Position numbers and translations under genes: made by a program. The notes under the pieces were generated by a model. That model worked only from the letters and a program-made list of their open reading frames with translations, did no database searches and was not told where the DNA came from. Positions 9,793 through 19,213 of a stretch of DNA of 64,000 bases are shown one piece after another. Position 1 is the stretch's first letter. The number at the start of each line of letters is the position of its first letter. The DNA is from Deltaproteobacteria bacterium (GTDB taxonomy: Bacteria; Myxococcota; Kuafuiibacteriia; Kuafuiibacteriales; Kuafuiibacteriaceae): NCBI GenBank assembly GCA_040218735.1, contig JAVJQW010000017.1, positions 384,001 to 448,000 on the forward strand, in the 5' to 3' direction.

Positions 9793-10593
9793 GTGAACCG
9801 CGCGGCGCAGCACGTGTTGCCCTGGGCCCTCGCGCTGCTCGTCTGCTCGAGCGGCTGCGTCGCGGTCTACCAGCCGCTGTCCGGGATGCACGACCCGGTC
9901 GTCGTCGACCCGACGCTCGGCAACCTCCACGACGTCCGGATCCTCGTCCACTGCGTTCCCCAGGAGATCCTCGACGGCGAGGCCGGCCTCCTGTGCCAGC
10001 GCATCAAGACGCTGTTCGAGAACCAGGGCGCCGAAGTCCGCACCGTCACCTCCATCGGACGTAGCGCCGAAGACGAGACGTTCGAAGCCCCCGTCGAGCT
10101 CGAGCCCGCGAAGCCGGAGCCGGCCGAGCCCGGGAGCGCGGCCAAGACGGAGGGCGCCAAGGAGGAGAAGGCGCCGCCGCCGCGCATACGCCCGCACCTG
10201 ATCGTCGAGCTCCGCGCCCGCCACCTCCACGAACACGTCGACTACCCGATGTGGACCCTCAGCTGGTTCACCGGGACGCTCGCCCCCGGGATCTCCGAGA
10301 ACACCTTCGTCCAGGAGGTCGTCATCCGCGGCCCGCGCGGATCGCTGCTCGGCCAGGGTGAGCTCAAGGGGCGCATCGTCCGCTACTTCGGCCTGGGCTA
10401 CTGGGCGGTGAACGGCCTCCTCGACCTCCTCTTCCGCGACGACGACGACGAGCTCTCCGACGCGAACCTCTCGGAGCAGCTGAGCACCGATCTCTACGGG
10501 CAGCTCAGCCAGATGGTCTTCAACGCCAACATGCGCCGGCGGGTCCTCGATCCCGAGCCGTCTCCCACGAAGAAGAAGGATGACGCCTCGTGA
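9793..10593 (+). CDS. Lipoprotein, gene 1 of the putative motor operon
   Basis: GTG at 9793, ALALLVCSSGC lipobox; stop overlaps the next start (GTGA). Confidence 0.75.
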   Translation: MNRAAQHVLPWALALLVCSSGCVAVYQPLSGMHDPVVVDPTLGNLHDVRILVHCVPQEILDGEAGLLCQRIKTLFENQGAEVRTVTSIGRSAEDETFEAPVELEPAKPEPAEPGSAAKTEGAKEEKAPPPRIRPHLIVELRARHLHEHVDYPMWTLSWFTGTLAPGISENTFVQEVVIRGPRGSLLGQGELKGRIVRYFGLGYWAVNGLLDLLFRDDDDELSDANLSEQLSTDLYGQLSQMVFNANMRRRVLDPEPSPTKKKDDAS

Positions 10594-11228
10594 TCATCTT
10601 CTTCTTCCTCGGGCTCCTCACGTTGCCGTCGATGATCACGCTGTGGAACGACCCAGCGCCGGGGCTCATCACGAGCTACGAATCGTCGCGGCGCTACAAC
10701 TGCGAACGCGCCACGTTGGAATCCGCCCGCCGCGCGTACCCGGGGCTCCTCGAAGATCAGTACCCGCGCGGTGACTTCATCGAGCGTTCGGCGGTCCTGT
10801 GTACCGAACCCATCGTCGGCGTGGATGTCCGCCACAAACGCGACGCCGCCATCCTCGGCGGGCTCACGCCGACCGTACGGAGCGTCGCTTCGCGGATCGC
10901 GGCCGAGCAGCCCGAGAAGACGTGGCTCGTCGAGGTGCACTACCCGAACGCCGCGGTCGTCGCGAAGGTCGCGTTCGCCGCGAAGGCCGCGCTCGTCGAG
11001 TCTGGCGTCCCCGTCACGGATCGCCTGCCGACGCTCGCGACGGGCGACGTCGACGTCCTCTCGCGCACCCCCGCCTTGAAAGCGCACGCGCTCGCGTGTC
11101 GGCGTTACTTCGCGACCGGCCGCCTCGAAGGCGACGACGCCGTCCTGAGCCTCCTCGTCCTCGACAGCCGCGAGACCGCGCTGCACGCGGGGATCTGCAT
11201 CAACGGAGCGTGGACGTGGCTGCAGTGA
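10590..11228 (+). CDS. Hypothetical protein with N-terminal hydrophobic anchor/signal (operon gene 2)
   Basis: MIIFFFLGLLTLPSMITL; GTGA coupling at both ends. Confidence 0.75.
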   Translation: MIIFFFLGLLTLPSMITLWNDPAPGLITSYESSRRYNCERATLESARRAYPGLLEDQYPRGDFIERSAVLCTEPIVGVDVRHKRDAAILGGLTPTVRSVASRIAAEQPEKTWLVEVHYPNAAVVAKVAFAAKAALVESGVPVTDRLPTLATGDVDVLSRTPALKAHALACRRYFATGRLEGDDAVLSLLVLDSRETALHAGICINGAWTWLQ

Positions 11229-12397
11229 GGCTCACCGCGCTCGTGATGGCGCTGCTGGTCCCCGGGGTCGCCGTCGCCGACGAGGTCGACGACGCGACGC
11301 TCGCCAAGTTGGACGAGCTCCGCAGAGCCAAGGCCAATGAGATCCAACTCAGCGCCTACAACCTGGTCGACGAGCTGGTGTACGGCTGGACGAAGACCCC
11401 AGTGTTCCAGCAGGAGACCGACGTCGTCCTTGCGGGCGTGACGGTCCCGGTGGGTTTGGGCACGGCGCTGTCGAGCCTCGTCGAAAATCATATCAACGAC
11501 GTACTCATCAAGAACCCATCCACGCGGATGACGTTGACCCACTGCCCGGCCTGCACCGCGATGATCGTGCACTCCGGGCGCGACGGTACGGTGATATCGC
11601 GCGGGGTCGACAACCCCGAAGCCTTCGACCGCCTACGGCGCGACACCAGCACGAAGTACGCGCTGTTCGTCGACATCGAAGCGGAGGGCACCTCGCTCGT
11701 CCTGCGCGCGCGCATCACCAAACTCGACACGAGCCTCTCCATCGTCTGGGCCCGAACGATCGCGAGCGCGAGTGACACCCGCTCGATGCTCCGCGAGGCC
11801 GACGACATCAAGTCGGTCGAGGAGGCTCGGCAAGAGCTCATGGCCGCGGTCGAGGACCGCTGGCCGCTCGTCGTCCCGGCGCGCATCTCCGTACGGTTCT
11901 TCTCCGACGGCGGCAGCACCGGCGTGAACCCACCGCCCTTCGTGTGGATCCAGTCCGGCGTGGAGCTCGCGCTCAGTCAGGAGCGCGCTTGGACCGCGAG
12001 TTTCCTCCTCGGCTACGGCTGGGTCCCGAGCTCCTACGACGGGTTCATGGCGCAAGTGCGCATCCACCGCCTCCTCACGGGTGAGTCGCGTTCGTACGTG
12101 CGGCCCGACGCCTACGCATTCCTCGGTGCATCGCTGTTCGCCGTGCAGGGGCCCTCGGCGCTGATCTTCCAGCGCGACCAACTCACGACCGAAGACATCC
12201 TCGCGATCGCGCAGGGCAACGACCAACCCATCCAGATCGTCAGCACCGTTCACGCCGGTCTCGAGCTGAGGATCGGCAACCGCATGGGCCTCAACGTTTT
12301 TGCCGAGCTGCTCCCGGCCCACATCGGCTCCAACAACCTCGGGCTCTTCCTGGATCTCTTCCACTCCTTGGGCACGGAGGTGAGCGTTTGGTTCTGA
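11225..12397 (+). CDS. Exported protein: CsgG/FlgO/TolB-N-like alpha/beta domain plus probable outer-membrane beta-barrel (gene 3)
   Basis: Signal peptide (AVA); CPAC motif; YALFVDIEAEGTSLVLRARITKL..IVWA pattern; ends VSVWF. Confidence 0.65.
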   Translation: MRLTALVMALLVPGVAVADEVDDATLAKLDELRRAKANEIQLSAYNLVDELVYGWTKTPVFQQETDVVLAGVTVPVGLGTALSSLVENHINDVLIKNPSTRMTLTHCPACTAMIVHSGRDGTVISRGVDNPEAFDRLRRDTSTKYALFVDIEAEGTSLVLRARITKLDTSLSIVWARTIASASDTRSMLREADDIKSVEEARQELMAAVEDRWPLVVPARISVRFFSDGGSTGVNPPPFVWIQSGVELALSQERAWTASFLLGYGWVPSSYDGFMAQVRIHRLLTGESRSYVRPDAYAFLGASLFAVQGPSALIFQRDQLTTEDILAIAQGNDQPIQIVSTVHAGLELRIGNRMGLNVFAELLPAHIGSNNLGLFLDLFHSLGTEVSVWF

Positions 12398-13383
12398 AGC
12401 GACACCTCGCGCTGACCGCCGCGCTCGTCGTCGGGTCGACCAGCCCGGCGTACGCCGATCGTTCCACGACACAGGACGCCCTCGACCGCATGGTGGAGGT
12501 GCTCCAGCTCCGTATCGACGACGGCACGTTGCGGAAGCCGGAGATGACGCCCGCGCTCGTGGTGCGGACGGAGACCCGGTACGAGGAGTCGAAGGATTGG
12601 TTCCCGAACGAAGCGCTCAATCGGTTGATCGAGGTCCTCGGCGCGAAGGACCTCCGGCTCTGCGAGGCGTGTATGACGCCGCGGGTGTTCACGGGTGACG
12701 GGCGCCTCGAGCACAGCTCCGGGCCGATCACTTTGGAGGAGATCGTTCGCCTCGACACGATGGCGCGCGGCGACGCCGAGGCCGCCAAGACCGCGATCTG
12801 GGTCGACGAGCAGGCGACCGGGGTGTCGGTCAAGATCGTCGAGCTCGCGACTGCGCGGGTGCTCTTCGCGCAGAACATCGACCCGATGCTGCGAGAGCAG
12901 GAGAACACCGAGGGCCTCATGCGCCTCAGCGCCGAGCTGGAGCGGCGTGCCCGCGGCGACAGCCTCACGCACGCCTTCGTGGATCTCGCGCTGCTTCCGA
13001 GCCAACACATCTCGTTCGACTGGACGGACCAGTGGGGCGAGGAGAACAAGAACTTCACGGGCATCACGATCTCCGCGTTCGATCCGGTCTTCGGCGTCGG
13101 CGTCGCGTACTACCGGGTGTTCGGCGTCTTCCACATCGCCGACATCCCCTTCGCTCCGCAGTTCGGCGGGAAGGTCGTGGTGAGTCTACCGACGGCCATC
13201 GTGAACGCCGTCGCGCCCGACGACGCGGGGGACCTCATCGACCCGATCCTCACGGGGGTCGGTGTCATACGCGTGCCTTTCGGCACGTCCAACTATGCGC
13301 TGGTCGCGACGCTCTCCACGAACGCGCGTTTTGCGATCGGCATCTCACTGCTGAACATCAGCTTCCTCCCGGTGATCCCATGA
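12388..13383 (+). CDS. Exported protein, probable distant paralogue of gene 3 (gene 4)
   Basis: Signal peptide (AYA); CEAC motif; AIWVDEQATGVSVKIVELATARVLFA; beta-strand-rich C-terminal half. Confidence 0.65.
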   Translation: MVLKRHLALTAALVVGSTSPAYADRSTTQDALDRMVEVLQLRIDDGTLRKPEMTPALVVRTETRYEESKDWFPNEALNRLIEVLGAKDLRLCEACMTPRVFTGDGRLEHSSGPITLEEIVRLDTMARGDAEAAKTAIWVDEQATGVSVKIVELATARVLFAQNIDPMLREQENTEGLMRLSAELERRARGDSLTHAFVDLALLPSQHISFDWTDQWGEENKNFTGITISAFDPVFGVGVAYYRVFGVFHIADIPFAPQFGGKVVVSLPTAIVNAVAPDDAGDLIDPILTGVGVIRVPFGTSNYALVATLSTNARFAIGISLLNISFLPVIP

Positions 13384-14012
13384 AAAGAACCGTACTCATC
13401 GTCGTCGGTCTCATGAGCTCCGCGTGCGCAGCGCGAAGTTATACCCACTACCTCGTAGCGCCCGCGCCCAAGAAGGCGCCGCCGATGGAGGAGGAAGGCA
13501 CCCTCGTACGTCCGCTCGCGTACGGCTCGACGACGGTGATGAAGGTGCGGTGGAACGACGGCAACACGATGACGGAGGTGCACGTCCCTCTTCTCGCGAG
13601 CGGACAGCGCATCGTCATCGAACACGAGAAGAAGCCCGAGGGCGTCGACACCATCCCTTCCACACGCCTCGTACCGCCGCGCCCGACGCCGGCGGACGAC
13701 TCACTCGTCGAGGCGTACCGCGAACGCGGCCTCGCGATCGACGAGGAGGCCCCGGAGGTCTCGATCTCCCGCGCACGCACCGCGATGAACGACGCCATCG
13801 CCCAGGGCAGCTATGCGATCGCGCTGGAGTGGGCCGAGATGGTCCTCGCTCGCTACAAGTCACATCCGGAGTTCCTTCGCGCGAAGGCATCCATCCTCTT
13901 GCTGATGGGTGAACGCGACAAGGCGATTCAAATCTACGAGAAGGCCGAGGAGATCGAGAGTGATCCCGCGGTCCGCAAGAAGTTGGAAGAGCTGCAGAAG
14001 CAGACGCAATAG
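13380..14012 (+). CDS. Lipoprotein with C-terminal TPR-like helices (gene 5)
   Basis: MKRTVLIVVGLMSSAC lipobox; ATGA overlap; AKASILLLMGERDKAIQIYEKA is TPR-like. Confidence 0.8.
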   Translation: MKRTVLIVVGLMSSACAARSYTHYLVAPAPKKAPPMEEEGTLVRPLAYGSTTVMKVRWNDGNTMTEVHVPLLASGQRIVIEHEKKPEGVDTIPSTRLVPPRPTPADDSLVEAYRERGLAIDEEAPEVSISRARTAMNDAIAQGSYAIALEWAEMVLARYKSHPEFLRAKASILLLMGERDKAIQIYEKAEEIESDPAVRKKLEELQKQTQ

Positions 14013-14024
14013 GAAAACGATCGA

Positions 14025-14744
14025 ATGCAACTCATTGGCCTGTCCCTCGTTGGTTTCGTCGTCTGGTACGGCTTCGCCGATCGCGACATGACGCGCATCT
14101 CCCCCTTCGATGCGCACGCGCTCGTGATGGTGTTGGTGGGCTCGCTCGCCGCCGTCCTGACTTCGTCCTCGCGCCTGACTACGGTGCGAACGTTCCTCTT
14201 CCTCCGGGAGCTCGTCCCCGGCCTCGCGCGGTTCTCGCCGGACACCGACTCACTCGAGGCGGAGCGCAAACAGGTCGGCGCGCTGTGGCGTGAAGGCAAC
14301 CGCGCTCAGGCCGTCGCCCTCGCGGAGCGAAGCAACTTCCCGGCAATCAAACGCATGCTCGAGCTCCTCCTGGGACGTGCACCGCGTGCCGCGACGGAGA
14401 CCGCGTTCACGGAGCTGAAACACGCCGAGCTGGGGAGCTGGCAGCCCGCGGTGTCGAACTGGGAGATGCTGGCGAAGCTCGGGCCGTCGTTCGGGATGGT
14501 CGGAACCATCACCGGCATGATCCAGCTGTTCCGCAACATGGGCGCCGACAACCTCAACATCGGCGCAGCGATGTCGCTCGCGTTGCTCGCCACGCTGTAC
14601 GGCGTCGCGTTCGGCGCAGGCATCGCAGGCCCCATCGGACACTACCTGCGCACCCTGTTGGACGAGCGCCTCGGCGCCATCGAACGCTGTGAGCAGAGTG
14701 TGTACGAGCTCGTCGCGCTCTCCGTGGGCGAGGCACGGAGGTAG
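14025..14744 (+). CDS. motA: Flagellar-stator-type MotA/PomA homologue (gene 6)
   Basis: Two N-terminal TM segments (FDAHALVMVLVGSLAAVL), cytoplasmic WREG segment, PSFGMVGTITGMIQLF and IGAAMSLALLATLYG match MotA TM3/TM4. Confidence 0.85.
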   Translation: MQLIGLSLVGFVVWYGFADRDMTRISPFDAHALVMVLVGSLAAVLTSSSRLTTVRTFLFLRELVPGLARFSPDTDSLEAERKQVGALWREGNRAQAVALAERSNFPAIKRMLELLLGRAPRAATETAFTELKHAELGSWQPAVSNWEMLAKLGPSFGMVGTITGMIQLFRNMGADNLNIGAAMSLALLATLYGVAFGAGIAGPIGHYLRTLLDERLGAIERCEQSVYELVALSVGEARR

Positions 14745-14747
14745 GTC

Positions 14748-15374
14748 GTGCAGCGGAGGGTCTTCGGAAGTGAGGAGGGGTGGCTACTCTCGTACGCCGA
14801 CCTCATCACGAACTTACTCATCTTCTTCGTGATGCTGCTCGCCGCCGCGAACATCAGCCGCACGAAGATGCAGCAGATCTCTCAGAGCCTCTCGGGGATC
14901 GAGAGCAAGCAGAGCCTCTCTTCGATCAAGCAGGAGATCGACGAGCGCATCCACAAAGAGGGGATGGAAGGTCTGGTTCAAACGAAACTCACCGACGACG
15001 GCCTGGAGCTGTCGCTGAACTCGGGGTTGGTGTTCGACTCCGGGCGCGCCGACATCCGAGCGGAGATGACGACGGCGCTCGGCGGCATGCTGAACACGCT
15101 CGTCCCGTACAGTGAGAAGTACGCGTTCGCGGTCGAAGGCCACACCGACTCCAAACCCATCATCAACGGCACGCTGTTCAAGTCGAACTGGGAGTTGTCG
15201 ACGGAGCGCGCCAACGCGGTGCGCGGGAAGCTCGAGGACGTGGGCGTGGACCGCACGCGGATTCGCGTCGAAGGTTACGCGGACACACGACCCCTGCCGG
15301 CGAAGGAGCTGGAAGGCCTCGACGAAGAGGAGCGACTCGCGCGCCACAGGCGTGTGATCGTGCGGGTGTACTGA
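14748..15374 (+). CDS. motB: MotB/PomB homologue with OmpA-like peptidoglycan-binding domain (gene 7)
   Basis: WLLSYADLITNLLIFFVML (MotB TM with the ion-binding Asp), plug-like KMQQISQSL, FDSG, VEGHTD, SNWELSTERA, GYADTRP, RRV. Confidence 0.9.
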   Translation: MQRRVFGSEEGWLLSYADLITNLLIFFVMLLAAANISRTKMQQISQSLSGIESKQSLSSIKQEIDERIHKEGMEGLVQTKLTDDGLELSLNSGLVFDSGRADIRAEMTTALGGMLNTLVPYSEKYAFAVEGHTDSKPIINGTLFKSNWELSTERANAVRGKLEDVGVDRTRIRVEGYADTRPLPAKELEGLDEEERLARHRRVIVRVY

Positions 15375-17167
15375 TGAAGCGCCTCGCAACGTTCCTCCTC
15401 GTGTCGCTGTCGGCGTCGACCGCGATCGCCCAGAACCCCTCGATTCCGGACCGGCGCATTCCGCCGTCCGTGCTCGCCGAGCTCCGCGTCCTGCAGGACC
15501 GGTTCGACGAGGCGCTCGCGCAGGACTGCGCTTCGGTGCGGTGTTTCTCGAAGGGTTGTACTTACCTCGATCACACGGTCTCGGATCGTCCGCGCGCGAC
15601 CGCCCTGCCCGGTCTCGCCGAGGATCAGGGCCCCGGCGCCGAGCCGGCTCAGGAGTACCTGACCCTCGCGCGCTGCGCCTTCGCCTATGAGCAGGACATG
15701 GAGGCGAAGGACGCGACGGCGTTGGCGCGTCGCCTGCGGACCAAGCTGTCGAACGGCTGGACGACGGTGGAGATCGGTCGGCAGCGCCTCCAACCCATCC
15801 CCGCGGAGCTCCGTGAGCCGCCGGCCCCTCCCGAGCCCGAAGAAGAGGTCGTCGAAGAACCGCCGGCCCCGGTGGTCACGCCTCCCAAGGAGCCCGAGTG
15901 GGGGTTCAACATCGCGGTGCGCGAGCTCTGGGTGAACCTTCTCCCGCATTTCGCCTGGATGATCGCGCTCGTGATGCTGACGTTTGCGGCGCTCATCCTC
16001 ATCTGGGGCTGGCGTCGCCTCGGGCGAATATCACCCGAGGAGCAGGCGCTGCTCGCGCAGATGGGTGCGTCCGACAAACCAGACGAGGCGGCGCTCGAGC
16101 CCGAGGTCGCGGACGAAGAACCCGAGGAGACCGAAGAGGTCTTCGTCGGCAAACAGAGCGCGTACTGGACGGAGCGGCTGTCGCAAAACGGCCACCCCGA
16201 CCCGGACGTGCAGGCGCTGATTGCGCAGTGGCTGAAGGAACGTGAGATGGGTTTGCTCGCGAAGGCCGTGTTGACGTTCCCCGAGGCGTTCCCGCGAGCG
16301 TTCCCGGACGGCGGTGAGTTCGCAGAGTCGAAGCTCCACTTCTCCGAGTACCTCCGCGAAGTGAAGCAGCCCGAGCTGCCGACGGACGAGGTCTTCTACA
16401 AGCAGCTCAAACAACACGCGCTGTCGGCCTCCCTCGCGCGGCAGGAAGACGTGACTTCGATGGCGACGCTGCGCGATGAGTTCGGTGCGTCCGGGCTGGT
16501 CCGCTTCATCCAGAAGCTCCCGCCTCGGTTCGGGGCGCTGTTGTTCGCGCACGCTTCCACGAGCGACCAGCTCGAGGCCGCGCGGCTGTTGTCCTCCGGA
16601 CAGGTCACGACGCTCGCAGAGCAGCTGCTCCAGTCCAACCGGATGAGTCGCGCGGAGAGTAGGTACGTCATGGAGCTGCTGTCGGCGAGCCGTACGGACC
16701 AGACGCTCCCGCCGCCGCCCGACGTCACCGAGGTGACGGACCTCGGGCGGACCTTCGACGCCGCCTCGGCGCTGTCGATCCTGCTGCCACGGGCCGAGCC
16801 GCACGATCGGAACCTGCTGCTGACCAACGCGAAGATCCGCTTCGGCGGTGGGTTTCCGAGTTGGTACGAGCAGATCCTCTTCCCGGAGATGGTGCTGGCG
16901 CTCGACGAGGAAACACGCGCGAACGTCTTGCTCGCCGTCGACGCCAACGCGCTCTCGGGTTGGATTTCGGTGCTCTCGGAGCAGAGCCGCGCGGCGCTCC
17001 TCGGAAGCATGTCGCCGACGCTCCGGGCGGCGGTGTCGTCCGGCGCGCGGTTCGAGTCGCGCGCCGAGCAGCTCGAGCGGTTCCGCGAAGGTCGGGAACA
17101 GACGGCGGCGGCGCTTCAGCAGCAGCTCGCGCGTACCGGCACGCCGTTCGAGAGTGTGATGGCCTGA
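15374..17167 (+). CDS. Single-pass membrane protein, putative FliF-RBM3-like / FliG(M+C)-like fusion (gene 8)
   Basis: Signal peptide, periplasmic domain with ALPGL, Pro linker, one TM (FAWMIALVMLTFAALILIWGW); cytoplasmic FIQKLPPRFGALL.. and ILFPEMVLALDEETRANVLLAVD..SEQSRAALLGSMS follow the FliG M/C pattern; TGATG coupling to motB. Confidence 0.6.
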   Translation: MKRLATFLLVSLSASTAIAQNPSIPDRRIPPSVLAELRVLQDRFDEALAQDCASVRCFSKGCTYLDHTVSDRPRATALPGLAEDQGPGAEPAQEYLTLARCAFAYEQDMEAKDATALARRLRTKLSNGWTTVEIGRQRLQPIPAELREPPAPPEPEEEVVEEPPAPVVTPPKEPEWGFNIAVRELWVNLLPHFAWMIALVMLTFAALILIWGWRRLGRISPEEQALLAQMGASDKPDEAALEPEVADEEPEETEEVFVGKQSAYWTERLSQNGHPDPDVQALIAQWLKEREMGLLAKAVLTFPEAFPRAFPDGGEFAESKLHFSEYLREVKQPELPTDEVFYKQLKQHALSASLARQEDVTSMATLRDEFGASGLVRFIQKLPPRFGALLFAHASTSDQLEAARLLSSGQVTTLAEQLLQSNRMSRAESRYVMELLSASRTDQTLPPPPDVTEVTDLGRTFDAASALSILLPRAEPHDRNLLLTNAKIRFGGGFPSWYEQILFPEMVLALDEETRANVLLAVDANALSGWISVLSEQSRAALLGSMSPTLRAAVSSGARFESRAEQLERFREGREQTAAALQQQLARTGTPFESVMA

Positions 17168-17170
17168 GTC

Positions 17171-19213
17171 ATGCGGCGCGTCCTCGCAATATCGATGTTG
17201 CTGACCGCGGCTTGTCTGAAGCTGCCGGTCTCCGACGTCAATGCGGGGTTCGATCTCGCGGATGCGTCCTGGTTCCAGGACGAGGAGACGCTGTTCTTCT
17301 TCTACGAGGTCTCCGCCGAGCAAGGTCTCAACGAGGCGAGTGTCATCGAAGTCACCTACCGGACCGACACCGAGACGGTGCCGTGGACGCGCATCGATCA
17401 GCTCGAGTACGTGCACCCTCACCTTCCGGTCGACTGTGGGTTCACGCGTCGCTGTGGGAGCCTGAGTTTGCACGTCCCCGATCGACCGCGCGAAGTCGGG
17501 ATCCGGTTGCGCTATCACGAGGACGGCGAGCTCGCGCTCACCACGGAGACGGTCTTCAACGCGATAGGGTCGGGCCCGGCGCACTCGAACCGCAGCTTCC
17601 TCGTGTACGGCGTGTTCACTGCGAACAATCAGCGCGTGCAGTGGCGCGGTCGCCACCGCTTCCCGACATTGCGCAACGAACAGGTCCAGGAGCTCGGCCT
17701 GCGACGACGCTTCCAGGTCGATGCGCACGCGTACGGCTCCGCCGACTTCCCGCGGTTCGCCAACCCATATGGCTACGGCGTGGCGTGTCCCTCGTCCTTC
17801 GTGCCGCTCGGCTTCTCGGCGATCAGTACCCAGGACCGCGCGGTGTTCGACACGCAGGACCTCCCGCAGGAGGCGGCGACGTCGGCGCAGGTTTGTGCGC
17901 GCGCGACGGTGCTCGAGCCGAGGGCGCCGTTTGTCACGTCGGCGCTCGCGCAGAAGAACCCCGAGGTGGAGCCGGCGTTCCCGGTGCTGCGGACGCCGAT
18001 TCACGAGGCGACGCCGATCAAGTTCTTCCTCGCGCCGTGTGACCGCACGATCGACGCGGACCACGAGGAGATGCAGCGGCAGCGCATCCTCTACGACGGC
18101 CCGGCCACGTGTGTGGAGGATTGGCGGGCGCCGGACTTCGTGGACCGGCTGGTGGGACGGCTCGAGGAAGCGATCGAAGCGACGCGTCCCGCGGGTGAGG
18201 ACATGGTGCTCGTGATGGCGCTGCACCGCGAGAACTCGGAGGACGAGCTCGCGGACCAGCTCGAGGAGGTGCTCTCTCAGATCCTCCCGTCCGAGCGAGA
18301 CCGCGCGACGCCGCGGGTCGTGGGTGCGTTTGTCTTCGACAGTGAGATTCGCGACGTCCGCGACCCCGTGCTCAACCGGCTGATCCTGTGGTGCCCGGCG
18401 AGCATCGTCGACGACGAAGAGGTGGAGCCCGGTCCGTCGAACGCGAACTGCGCGATCACGCCGGACAACGTGAACCTATCGCTCGGACCGTTCTCACTGT
18501 CGTTCCTCCCGATCCTGCCGTCGCGCAACCGGTACCTGGACTTCATCGACCGGTACTCCAAAGCGCAGGCCGGCGAAGTGAAGGAGCTGACGTTCCTTGT
18601 CCCGGAGTTCACGCCGACCACGGACAACACGCAGGTCGGTGGGTTGGTCGCGACGTTCTTCAATCAGGAGATCATTTCGGCACAACCCGAGGACGCGTTT
18701 TCGTTCTGCCCGTCGGAGGAGCCGCAGCCGTTTGTCTTCCGCACGGAGATCTCCAAGTCGGACGACCTCGATTGTCCACCCGGCCAAGAACCCACCGAGG
18801 ACGACTTCTGCCTCCCGCCGCCTCAGGACTTCCTGCCAATCGAATTCCTTCCGATGTGGCACGACGTCCTGCAGGAGCAGACCTACGAGCTGGGGCTCCT
18901 GTGGGACTTCCCGTGGCTGATGCGTGCGACCTACGAGGTCGTCGCCGCGGCGAGCGCGAGTGCCTTCGGGCTCAGCGTCCCGTTCGGCTTCGGAGCGGAG
19001 CAGATGGAACAGCTCGGCGCGCCGCAGTGGCTTCGCGGTGAGTTCCCGCTCGCGGAGCGCCTCGCGCACTGCAAGCGGTTCTGCGACCACCCGACGTTCG
19101 ACTCCGCTGGGATCTACAACGTGACGCGTTCCTTCCGGTCGACGTACCTCGACGGTTGTTACCGCCCCTCGTACCCGGCGCTGGGAGATTCGAGCTTCCC
19201 ACGTGATCCCTAG
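17171..19213 (+). CDS. Large Cys-rich lipoprotein (gene 9)
   Basis: MRRVLAISMLLTAAC lipobox, many Cys, 3 bp after the gene 8 stop. Confidence 0.8.
   Translation: MRRVLAISMLLTAACLKLPVSDVNAGFDLADASWFQDEETLFFFYEVSAEQGLNEASVIEVTYRTDTETVPWTRIDQLEYVHPHLPVDCGFTRRCGSLSLHVPDRPREVGIRLRYHEDGELALTTETVFNAIGSGPAHSNRSFLVYGVFTANNQRVQWRGRHRFPTLRNEQVQELGLRRRFQVDAHAYGSADFPRFANPYGYGVACPSSFVPLGFSAISTQDRAVFDTQDLPQEAATSAQVCARATVLEPRAPFVTSALAQKNPEVEPAFPVLRTPIHEATPIKFFLAPCDRTIDADHEEMQRQRILYDGPATCVEDWRAPDFVDRLVGRLEEAIEATRPAGEDMVLVMALHRENSEDELADQLEEVLSQILPSERDRATPRVVGAFVFDSEIRDVRDPVLNRLILWCPASIVDDEEVEPGPSNANCAITPDNVNLSLGPFSLSFLPILPSRNRYLDFIDRYSKAQAGEVKELTFLVPEFTPTTDNTQVGGLVATFFNQEIISAQPEDAFSFCPSEEPQPFVFRTEISKSDDLDCPPGQEPTEDDFCLPPPQDFLPIEFLPMWHDVLQEQTYELGLLWDFPWLMRATYEVVAAASASAFGLSVPFGFGAEQMEQLGAPQWLRGEFPLAERLAHCKRFCDHPTFDSAGIYNVTRSFRSTYLDGCYRPSYPALGDSSFPRDP

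Noticed and set aside
14025-15374. Zorya ZorA/ZorB defence system
   Set aside because: MotA has no long cytoplasmic tail, no ZorC/D/E helicase or nuclease is adjacent, and the neighbours are envelope proteins.
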